DNA of 64,000 nt from Lytechinus pictus (lineage: Eukaryota). The notes below the pieces were generated by a model, which was not told the origin of the DNA, searched no databases, and saw only the letters and a list, made by a program, of their open reading frames with translations. Positions 11,007 through 22,167 of this stretch are shown here, piece by piece. The position numbers and the translations under genes were made by a program. The stretch spans positions 19,282,001 through 19,346,000 of the forward strand of contig NC_087247.1 in NCBI RefSeq assembly GCF_037042905.1. The letters are read 5' to 3'. Numbering within the stretch: position 1 is the stretch's first letter; each line of letters starts with the position of its first letter.

Positions 11007-14000
11007 CAGTAGAGGCGCTGGTCAGAAAATTGGGATCGTCCCCGTTTACAGGGACTGTCTCAGTCTATAAGGATTTCTCCACACAAGAAATCTAGGAAAG
11101 TTCATTCACCTGTTGAGTGCCGACACCAATCAAGAGTGCTAGTCAATGTAAACATATCGGGTTTCATAACAAGATTATTGGAAGACGCAAGTCATAATAA
11201 ATAAACGGTGAACTGGGGGGAATTGAGGTCACTGAATCTATTTTTAGCACTCTCAATCACTCTAGGCGACACCCCAATACTTACCCGTGCTAATAAACTG
11301 GGACTCCACTCACGCGCGTTTGGGCCTCCCTAGCTTAGAACTAAGCACTAATATCACCTTAAAAACCACTCATCCTACGAACGAGGTTATAATATAACCT
11401 CGTTCTCGGCTGTATACCTCTCTATTGTTAAAATATACATTGGTCATTTTCCCCCCATCTGTTGCCCAAAGCATCGCGAATCAGTTCATACTTGAACTGA
11501 TCCGTTGATGTAAACTGTTATTTTGACAGATATGACTTTAAATTAATAAATATGATATAAAAAATGAATAAAAACTCACCGATTTCTCAACGTGAACCTC
11601 ATCCAACTGCCTCCATTACGTCTATTGTGTTCGACAGTGACAAATCGAAAAAGAAAAAAGAACTCACGAAACCATAGAGGCTCATCAACCCGTTTGGACC
11701 ACTGACCATTGATGTTTCGACGAAACTTTGCTTGTAATGAATTCTGGTAAGGAAGTCTTGATAGCCTCAATCAAGACAAATTTGCAATTTTGTTTCATGT
11801 TTATACAAAGTCAAAAGTGATACTAGTAGTTGTGAAAGTGGAATGAAATAAGACATTTTTGTATGAAATAAAAAAAAATTAAGGAGAAATTCAGTTGTTT
11901 CGATTTTGTTAATTTTCTGTTATGGGACTCTTGATGAAAAAGCCCCTTATTCTTTTCTAATTAATGAACCTGACGATAGAAATACTTTTCACAAAGTTAG
12001 GCATTAATTTCCAAATTATTATGTAACAGAAATTCAGAATAACAAACTTTACTGTGGGTCTAATCAGGGGAGAATCCAGGATTTTCCAAAGGGGGAGGGG
12101 GTGGTTTCTTTTACAGAAAAAAATAACAAGCTCCCCCCCCCCCGTGAAGGAGATTTATGTAACGAATAATTTCACAATTATGATTTGATTTTGATTTATT
12201 TGATTTAGTTATTTATTTATTATGATAACAGCTCCTCGCTATACAGTATGAAGTTTCAAGTTTGTTTTCATTGATTTAAAATCCTAACCTAAAGGATTTT
12301 CATTAAGAAATAAATAAAATAAAAAATCACTTACCACAAAGGCCTATTTAGGGGTAGATCACAATTTTCAAGGGGAGGGCGGGAAAGTTTCAAGTTAATT
12401 TAATTGATTTCAAATCCAAACATAAAGGATTACAATCAAATGAAATTAACAGTACAAATTATCAAACAAAATGGATGCAAAATAAATGTGTTCTATGGCT
12501 TTCGAGGGGGTGGGCACGAGCCTGATGTGCTCCCCATCCTGGATAAATAAAAGAAACTCATTAAAAAGAATTGGAACGTAATTATGTTCTGTTTTATCAC
12601 TTTGTCTTGAGTTTCTTGCCCTAGCTTCCATTCTTTTCACATTTCAGCCTTTACCCATATTAATTTCAGGATGGTACAAAATGTTGGCTTACAAAAGTGA
12701 TATGATGATGAATATTCCATAATAATATGAAAAATGATAGAAAACCAAAATAATAATATTAATAATTAACCCTTACAATGATAGTACTCAATAAAAGAGA
12801 GGCATCGGGGATCGAGAAAAGAAGCAATAACCCCCCCCCCCCAAAAAAAAAAGGCATCATATTTCCTTTCAGCATACGACAAGATACAGTTCATTATAGA
12901 ATAAACTAAGCTGATGGCGCTAAAATTATTCTGATGTATAAAATAATAAAAATAAAATATTGTGTGTCAGGGGAGAAAGAGACTACTATCGCTGGATCTT
13001 GGATTTCCGAAATAGAAGCATCACCGGAAACAGGTATCTGTGGTGAGAAGCATTTTTATACAGCTTTGTAGAGGACAGTGGTGTGGTCGCTTCCGTTAGC
13101 TTTCTTTAATTGAGCACAAGAGGGCGCGTTACATCCTCTACGTAGAAGTCTATGCGCTGCTGAGGATCATGACAAATTTCATCATACATTCTGACGATTT
13201 ACCGAAGAGTCCTCGAATAATTGACAAGATATAGTTGAGTCCAAGATAAATTCCAGCAACAACGGAAGGAAGATCAACGTTTGGTTCGGGGGGAAAGACT
13301 GGTAAGTCAAACTCTCTTACTTTTACATTTTTTATCACAAATTTTGTCTATGAGTACGCCTCACATACCTCTAGTCCCATCCCCTACCTTTTGCTGTTTG
13401 GCAAATGGTCGGGGATGACGAGTGTTAAAAACTAAATCTACAAGGTATGTATAATCTATTTATAAATTTAATAATGTTTAATCGGTACTCACCGGTTCTT
13501 TTGTTGCATTTTCAGACCATTTCTCACAATTCTTCGTAAATATTTGCGGCAAATTTTGTCGCCATAGACAGCTTAGCGTCCATCTTTATTGATAAATGGA
13601 GCGCCCTTTACGATAGTTGTTAATGCCGTGGAGAAATCGTTAGGCATTTTGGCCTGTGTTCAAGGCGTTCTTTCTGTTTTATTTTTATATTGAAGATTGT
13701 GCATTTGTTGAATAGCGCCGTCTACGTCAGGTATGAGATCGAGTGTATAAATACACTCTTCCAAAATAATTATGATTCCGACCTGGCGCTGTTTAACTTC
13801 AATCTCTTTCACCTAAATTAGCGATGAATGCTAGCATTATAAAATATATATTATTAACGTCTGACGAAAAGAATAACCAACCGATCAGCTGACGAGAACG
13901 CGAATCACGTGATCTTCATATCAGCTTCGATCGCGAGTCAGAAGAGAGGAGCAGTTGCCCAGAAAATCAGGAAAAAGCCGTGAAAATGTAAGTTCCCCTT

Positions 14001-14366
14001 CATTTCTTTCAATTTTTTTTATTGCTAACAATGTATTCAATTAGTGAGATCGAAATGTAATGATTAGACAGTACGATAGCTTGTAGTTTTGATAAAATAC
14101 AAAAATAATCATCTTCACAAAGATTTCTGACACAAAATACTACTGATGTCGCCTATGAGGTCCATACATGTAATGTTGGACCTCATTGGTACTAGGAGTG
14201 CTCTCAATTCCCCTAATTGCTGCCTTTGTCCCGTAGGGAGAAGTGAAGAAAAAACGTCCCCATAAACAAGGACAGTCTCAATTTATCAAGACATAATTTG
14301 TCTTGGTTTATAAGGATATCCTTGTTTTCTGGGACAATCCCAATTTTTGAACCAGCGCCTCTACTG
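11007..14366. mobile_element. Non-autonomous TIR DNA transposon, 3.36 kb, 5-bp TSD (ATTAA), superfamily unresolved
   Basis: Left TIR CAGTAGAGGCGCTGGTCAGAAAATTGGGATCGTCCC; right end GGGACAATCCCAATTTTTGAACCAGCGCCTCTACTG. ATTAA flanks both ends (11002-11006 and 14367-14371). Confidence 0.75.
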
Positions 14367-15177
14367 ATTAATACCGCTCATCTAAGTAAAAAATCAAGGA
14401 GAAGTCACAGAAGGATCTAAATGATTCGGTAAGTGTCATAGCAGAATGTGAAATACCAGATTACTGGTGATATTTTATGTGGGCAAAAGCCCACTATCTT
14501 TTTGACTTGTCGTGTGTGTCGCGTGCATATGAGTATGACTGATATTCCTTCGCACGCGAGATGATATGATTATGAACCCATGGGTGGTTATCGGTAAGAA
14601 TTAAGATATTTTTAGCAATATATCGACAGAGAATTTTCTTAACAATAACAGCCCTAATTATTATACCAGGCATTGGTCGAGTGCTAACATTACAGCCTAA
14701 CTTACACCCGAGTCCCACAGAGTCAGAGAGAGAGAGAGAGATCATCCCACAAAAGGCGCAAGGCCACATCACAAAATGAGTCACTCACACTAATCTCAGT
14801 GCATGGGACCACGACAAAGAACAATAACGAAAAGGTCGGCCATAGGTTTATTACTAGGGTTAGATCTACTTGCATATAAAACGCAAATGAAATTGATTAT
14901 GAAGAAAGAAGAATGAAGAGATCCATACGCGTGTGCTTACCACTTCCCAGTTACAGAATATAAAGTTGTAAATTACAATGACAATATATTATAGGCAGCT
15001 TCTACTTTGCTTTGCAATCCGCTTTAGCCTTTGCGCTATGTTGTTTTATAAGCCGCGCCCTCTCTGGTTAGTTTTAAAGCGGAAAAAGAAGACAATGATA
15101 GAAAATGAAGATTCGAAGCCAAAATGAAAGAAAGAAAGAAAGAAAGAAAAAAGAAAGATGGAGAGTTATAGTAAGAA

Positions 15178-15495
15178 NNNNNNNNNNNNNNNNNNNNNNN
15201 NNNNNNNNNNNNNNNNNNNNNNNNNNNNNNNNNNNNNNNNNNNNNNNNNNNNNNNNNNNNNNNNNNNNNNNNNNNNNNNNNNNNNNNNNNNNNNNNNNNN
15301 NNNNNNNNNNNNNNNNNNNNNNNNNNNNNNNNNNNNNNNNNNNNNNNNNNNNNNNNNNNNNNNNNNNNNNNNNNNNNNNNNNNNNNNNNNNNNNNNNNNN
15401 NNNNNNNNNNNNNNNNNNNNNNNNNNNNNNNNNNNNNNNNNNNNNNNNNNNNNNNNNNNNNNNNNNNNNNNNNNNNNNNNNNNNNNNNNNNNNNN
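15178..15495. other. Assembly gap (N run)
   Basis: Run of N bases. Confidence 0.99.
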
Positions 15496-17683
15496 ACCTG
15501 TGTTTTGGGTCACCTGTCTATATGCAGCCACCTTGCCTGTGACCACTAGTAAAACTCCTTCCCATTATGGATGTTCCCATAAATATGGCTCTGATTGTGT
15601 CTATAGAATATGAACCTCTTCCGCTTCTCCTCCTCCTTCTCCTTTTCCTCCTCCTACTCCTCCTCCTCCTCACTACTTATACTTTTCCATCCGGTTTCCA
15701 TCACCACTTCGAGTACTATCTTATTCCTATAGGTATTATTATAACTTCACTACCAACGTAATAGTCTTCTTCTTCTCCTCCTCCATCACTTTTTCTAAAT
15801 AAATGGCAAAAACGTATTAATGACCATCTGATTTTATTATTATTATTATTATTGCACAATAATAGGCCCTGTATATTGAGCGTATTATTCTTGAATTTGT
15901 GCCGTACATCTCACTTATTAAAATACATCATCTATAATGCGTGACATACATTTTTGCGATTTACTGTCAAAATAAATGCAGGGGTGGATCAAGCTTTCAA
16001 CAATAAACGCTGGACGGAAATCCAAATTTCACCGTTTCAAGCTGAAAGATAGTCCTAACTAGGGACTTAAGTTTTGAGCAAAGCTTTATTCTTACAAACA
16101 GAACAAGATACGGTAAAATAATATAAACACGTATTTTTGGAAGTTCCGTGTATTAAGACCTGAAAATTTATCATTTTGAGCAGTTTTTGTAATCATAATT
16201 ATAGATGCTTATCTAAATAACGAGCGCATAGCGGGAGCTGGGGATATTCCGAGCTGAAAACTTTTTACCATGAACAGGATGATTATACAAGCCCCATGAC
16301 ATGGATGAGGATTGGTAGCCTATTCATGGGTTTGTGTTTGTTTCTTTCTCTTTTTTAGTTTGGGGGGGGGGGTAAGTGATGTAATAAGTCTACAAATATT
16401 TGGGTGCCAAATATGGCGCAAACGGCAAAATATATAAAAAGCTGCGAAAGAGCAAAAACATATGTAAGTTTTTATTGCAAAAAGTATAATTTTGTTAAGC
16501 TGCAAGGGAGCAAAGCAAACGAGCAAAAAAATTAACCTTTTCATTACAAAAATCTAATTTTGTGATAGAGCTTTACATAACAAATTCCTACTCTGTTTTT
16601 CTCCTTTCTTGGCCGGGGATATTTCTTTGGGGTCCATTGCCCCGGCCAAGCCCCACATCTGCAAGCCAGATGGAGGGGAGGCCAAGGTAGTCCTTATTTA
16701 TACAAGATAGGAACTATGTACATGTAAGGATTAGATGAATACTGCGTACGCGAAGCGCAAGCTGAAATTTTTAAAATATTCGACCTAAAAAAAGGAGTAA
16801 TTTTAAGGACTCTTGTCGGTTTTCATCATTGTTTTCCTTTTATCTCTTAAATATCAATTTTCATTGCTGTGTGTTCTCCACTAATTTTGCATCAAGACCT
16901 AAATCAAGAAAGTGGCATTAAAAAAAGTGTAAATATTTAAACGAGACTCACTCCATGCGATTGGTTGCCGCGGGAGGGGTATTCTTTAAGTTTTCTCTCG
17001 CTCAAAATTAAGGCAATGTTCATGAGCGGCTTGAAGCGGGTATATATAGCGCGAGCGAAATGATATTAGTTTTTCGTTTTTCGTACAGGCACTCTTTTCC
17101 GCGGGCTCCAACGTGGGGGGGGGGGGGGTGTTCATGACCTTGGATGATGGACAGCATATTACAAGCCGGCGATAACAAAAAAATAAGTAAAGGGATGTTT
17201 CGCCGATCATCGGAAAAAGTGTAAAAACGCCAAAAATGAGGGCGAAAAAAATACTACGATAGCCCAATAGGGCCTAATTTGCAAAGGACATCTGCACAAC
17301 TTTTCTGTTTAGAGTGTGCAAATCTGGGACAATGACGATGATGATGACGGTGATGATGATGATGATAATGAACAGTATTTGAATAACGCCATTTAGGCCC
17401 GCATTATAGGCCTCCAATTAAGGCCACCTGTAGGCCTAGCTACGTGGCTGGCCGGCCATTATGCTATGCAGCATGTGACCTTTTCTTTTTCTTCTCCCCT
17501 CTTCCTTAATTAGTCTTTCTTTTGTTTTCGTTTTTTTACTCTTCTTTTTTTTTTGCTCTGGAGGGGGGAGGGGGCGGCAATCCGCAGCCTAGCTTAATTC
17601 CCCCCCCCCCCCCCTGATTCGGCCAGCTACCATCGATGAGGATAACTAGCGTGCATGATTGCCGGATTTTGATGACTCAAAAG

Positions 17684-17866
17684 CATTGGCGGCGAATTAA
17701 GCCATAAAATTTAGGAGGGGGGTCCACCTGAAATTTTGGGATGGACACAGGTAAAAAAAATGGACAAGCAAAAAAAAAAGGGTTATCAACATAAATATTA
17801 GGGGGGTCGTCCCCCACCTTAAATTTAGGGGGGGCAGGACCCCCCTCCCCACTTCCGCCGCCTATG
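17684..17866. mobile_element. hAT-type MITE
   Basis: TIRs CATTGGCGGCG / CCGCCGCCTATG. 8-bp TSD CTCAAAAG / CTAAAAAG (1 mismatch). Confidence 0.65.
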
Positions 17867-18760
17867 CTAAAAAGGATGCCGTCTATCTGCCGTGCGCGTC
17901 ATCATCGTCATCTTCTTTTTTTGCTCGTTCGCTTCGCTCGCTCGCAACTCTAAATAAATTTTGCCCGATAAAAGATCCGACTGTACTGTAAAAGATACTC
18001 ATATATTTCGCCCCCTCAAAATTATTGGCTCATTGCGGCACTGGACCCTGGGGCCCTTTTCGTCTTATCATTGTGGAAGACTGGAGAGCATTTGTAAAAT
18101 TCCAGGAAGTCTCTTTCAATTCGTTTTTTTGAAAAGTCGAGGAAGCACATGAACTGGGTACCGGTATGTTTAATCATGAATAGGTCCATGGTTTACACGC
18201 ACCTCCAGCAACTAGCTGCCCGGCCGGCTCGACACGTACACTGATCTGAGCGCGGCTGAGCCACCGGTCGTCCGGTACCACCGGCCGTACAACCGAGCAC
18301 GCAGACGCTAATATACTTGACGGGTAATTTTCATTATTTTCTTTTAATATGTTTTTAAACACATCATAGGATTAGGAAGATGTAAACTAGTTAAAAGATA
18401 TATCTTATTTCACTTGCAGACTACGACTCGTCGATGCCGATGGCTCAACCTCGTATGGCATCAGTCAAAACTCTACTTTTCTAGTCTAACAGTAACAGTA
18501 ACAAAGTTAGTTTTCGCGTGAAGTGTGATGCAGCGTTAAATGCTTTGGTTAAATGCATGCTGTCAATGCGCGGACGGAGCTCCACCCGGGGCTCCGTCCC
18601 CGGGCAGATTGAACTTACTAAATTAAAGTCTTTAGTAGAAATGTCCAATGCTGCTCTCCTTGGCTTTGTAATTGAATTCACATTGTTATACTTTATAGAT
18701 TGTAATAGATTCTTTGACTTGAGTTTGATTGCCTGTTCGTGAGTTTAACTTGTGGATATA

Positions 18761-18915
18761 CAGGGCCGTGGAGCTGGGGGGGGGGGGGGCTTCACTCCTT
18801 CAGCCCCCCCCCCACTTTTTTCCAAAACCATGTACAAAACCGTAAAGATGACCATATGATTGTGATTTTTAGCATGGTCAGCCCCCCCACTTTGAAAACC
18901 GTTCCGCGGCCCCTG
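18761..18915. mobile_element. hAT-like poly-G/poly-C MITE
   Basis: Termini CAGGGCCGTGGAGC and GTTCCGCGGCCCCTG with G and C tracts. TSD not clearly preserved. Confidence 0.5.
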
Positions 18916-20219
18916 ATACATATGGTCCCGGGATATATTAAGCCTAGGAGCTTCAATTTTCAAACAGATTCGAAGCTCCTGAGGCTGAGTCCTGGACCTG
19001 GTACAAAAAGTACTCGTCATCGGATGAGAAAGTTAACAATTTTGGCATTTGTTTCTTTCAATGAATTAACATTAATTTTTCACTCAGCTAGCTAGCCAAG
19101 CAAGGGCACAGGCATCATGGCTATGCTGCCATATGCAGCACTTTCAATCATTGTGACTTTGCATGGAGGGGGGGGGGGGTGGTGTCATTATCTAGGACCA
19201 GAAAAAAGCCTGGTGTTTTGCTGTCCATATTCCATAAGTTACAAGCGACTGGTGACTCTTGCAGTATAGTAATAAGGATCACCAGTCGTGCATAAAGTCA
19301 CTTGTTACTTATGAACAGCTTTATGAAACACCTATTACCCAGTCCTATACAGTGGACCCCCCCCCCCCCCGACATCTGGAAACAAACACAAGTCACCAGG
19401 AAGGTTCTCTCTATTTAAGAAGACCAGTTCTATGTATTCTAGCACTCTTTACTTACTATAAAACCAGGAGGCTCAAATAGAGTCGGTTCAAAAGCGTACC
19501 CTATGCAGAACAAGCTACAAATCATTCTGACAGGCTCTCAAAGTATATGATCTATCCTCTGAAGGAAAAAAGAGAATGGCTTTGCCTAATTAGCTTTCCT
19601 TTAACAGTCCCCTTATTATTTTTGTGACTGGTTGCCCCAAAGCCATGCTGAGACACAGTATTAAAGAGGCTACATGAACTCGAGTGTAGAACAGAATGCT
19701 ACAAAAAGAGTGCTTTACCCTACCTGGTAAGACTTCTAAAGCAACAATGATGAGATATAATTACAATAACACAGATATTGTACCATGCATTAAGTGTTCA
19801 TCAAAAACTGACTATGACTTTTATTTAGAAAGCAACAAGGATTCCAATATTGATGCAGACTTTATTGAATCAAGTGCTACCCAATTTGATAATGAGATTA
19901 CTGAACCAACCATATGATCTATTTTGTACCACCAAATTTGATTGATCACAAAGGTATCTTACCAGTCATCTTGATCTTCATAACTTTTTTAACTTACATG
20001 TTCAATCATAATTTATCAAATAATTTTCTTCTTGATTTGCCAATCAATATAATTATTATAATTCAAAACACACATTTTATCAATACCCTGCATAGTCATG
20101 TTTTCATTGAATATTTTATCAATTTTTACCTCCACTTGATGTTTTATTATTCTTTTATTTCCCAACAATACAGAATGTAATTTCAATATCATTTTTCTAG
20201 TATTTGTAATCTCGTACTT

Positions 20220-20490
20220 CCTCTTTTTCTCTCACCCCCTCTCCCAATTGTCCATCTTTCTCATCCTTTCCTCCTTCCTTTTCATTCTCTTATCTTCTTT
20301 TTAATCATATTCATTATCCTCTTCCTATTCTTCCCCTTCCCCTTCATTTTCTTCTCCCTCTTAATCTTCTCCTTTCTTCTTCTCTTTTTCATCAGCTTAT
20401 TTTGCTTCTTCTTCTTCATCATCAGCTTCTTCTTCTTTTCCTCCTGATCCTCATTCTTCTCCCCCTCCTTCTTATCCTCCTCCCAACATT
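20220..20490. repeat. Polypyrimidine low-complexity (CTT/CT) tract
   Basis: Degenerate CTT/CTC repeats; the K/E-rich ORF over it is spurious. Confidence 0.8.
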
Positions 20491-20560
20491 TGATTAATTC
20501 AATTTGAGACTTCATATCATACATATTTCAGTTGGTATTCTCATAATTGTGTAGCAATGA

Positions 20561-20700
20561 CCTAGGACCCATAACAGAAAGGTTAGCAATAATTTAAAAG
20601 AATGAATCTGATTGGTTCCTAGTCAGTCTGCTGAGCAAAGTGCGCATGCAACAATTATCTTGATAGGCCATTTCATTAGCCTTTGTGTTACGGGGCCCAG
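20561..20700. mobile_element. Short MITE abutting the Academ-like element
   Basis: Imperfect TIRs CTAGGACCCATAACAGAAAGG / CCTTTGTGTTACGGGGCCCAG. Confidence 0.5.
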
Positions 20701-20707
20701 GTAACCC

Positions 20708-20880
20708 TAGCCTCTTGTCGAGGCCCTGTCGGCTGCTTTCCGAGCGAACATGGCGAAGCAAGGGATATAGCGAAGCAGAGCGCAGCGAGACAGGCTCGCG
20801 CCAGGCCTAATTTGCTTCGCGGATTAGGAAATCCCTCGCTTCGCTCGGGAAGCAGCCACCAGGGCCTCGACAAGAGGCTA
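20708..20880. mobile_element. AcademH-like MITE with a 9-bp TSD
   Basis: Perfect TIR TAGCCTCTTGTCGAGGCCCTG / CAGGGCCTCGACAAGAGGCTA. AGGTAACCC is duplicated at 20699-20707 and 20881-20889. TAG..CTA ends with a 9-bp TSD fit AcademH. Confidence 0.75.
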
Positions 20881-22167
20881 AGGTAACCCGAGACAACAAT
20901 TGTTTAGAGAATATATCATATGTGCATTAAAACAATTAGCCAAGTAAAATATGTGACGTGTACTTTTTCGTCGTGTAAAATACCTATGTCATAATGTGTC
21001 TACACTTGTTGATATTATTTTATGAATTGTATATCGACCGTGTACATGTATTCCAGTATTTGTGACTGTGATGCATGATCTGATAAAATAGCCTTATTAG
21101 TAATTTGGTAAATAAAAAAAATGTAAAGTGTGCTTGTCAAAAAGGAAGTTATTCAGTTGATACAAGAGTTTCATTGAGGCCATTTGCAAAGATTATGTGC
21201 ACATGTCATGCTTAAGTGAATCTTGAAATTCAAACCTTGTTTTCTCCTTTATTATTTTATGAAACTCTCACTGAATTAATTTCTTCTGCATTGAATCAAG
21301 TACTTGTGTGGGTTACTGTTGATCAATTTTGAAAAGCATAGCTTGTGTGTGTTTTTTTTTTCAAGCTAAATGAATGTCTCAAAAAATTCATTATGGGGGA
21401 CTTATTGTGGTTTTATACCACTAAAACCACCTATATGTAGCTGGTACAAACAAAATGTTAAAACGGCTGTTTTCGACTCGCCGTATGGCCGTCGTAAAAC
21501 AAATGTGATCAAGGTATTAGGATGACTGGTCACATTTGACTTTATATTTTCATTGAAATTGTATGAGATGGTTATTGGATATCACATCATATGGAATGAA
21601 TACCAAGTTTCCTTGTCAAGGTCAACATTCATTTCTAGTCAAGGCCAGAGGTCGTTTAGGTCATCAAACTTTTAATTAAAAAAAACAATTATATATGATG
21701 CCTAAAAAATGTGTTTGCTGTAACAAAGGGGGGATGAATTTGGTTGGCACATAAGTGTTGTTCCCAAGCTCTTGGGTACATAAATGGCTGTTCTTGTGAT
21801 GAAAGGAGGAATGATCCATCAACATTATCAACATGCTCAATGTTGGTGCATTTACTTGCATTCGCTACTGATAATATCAGAGCACTTGCTCTATAGTTTG
21901 TCATGTTCCTTTATAGACCATTTGTTTTCTTGTTTCTTGCTCAGCTGTTTATTAGACTCTTGTTTTTAATGACATTTTGTCAATTTCGTTAACTATATAT
22001 GCATAAAATGCTACATTAATTGGGCTATACTACAGTTATTGCTCTTGAATATCATTTCCCAAGTTGCATGTGAACTTTTTTTGCATACAAAAGATTTATA
22101 GTTTGCCAAATGTTTGTTTGTTTTCCCTGCAGACTTTTATCGCAGAGGATATCAGTATTAAATCGTC

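Noticed and set aside
15105-15613. ORFs spanning the N run
   Set aside because: Artefacts of the assembly gap.
17880-18330. CpG-richer stretch with GGAAG motifs and a possible donor near 18164, as a promoter or first exon of the Egl-like gene
   Set aside because: Plausible, but not supportable without transcript data.
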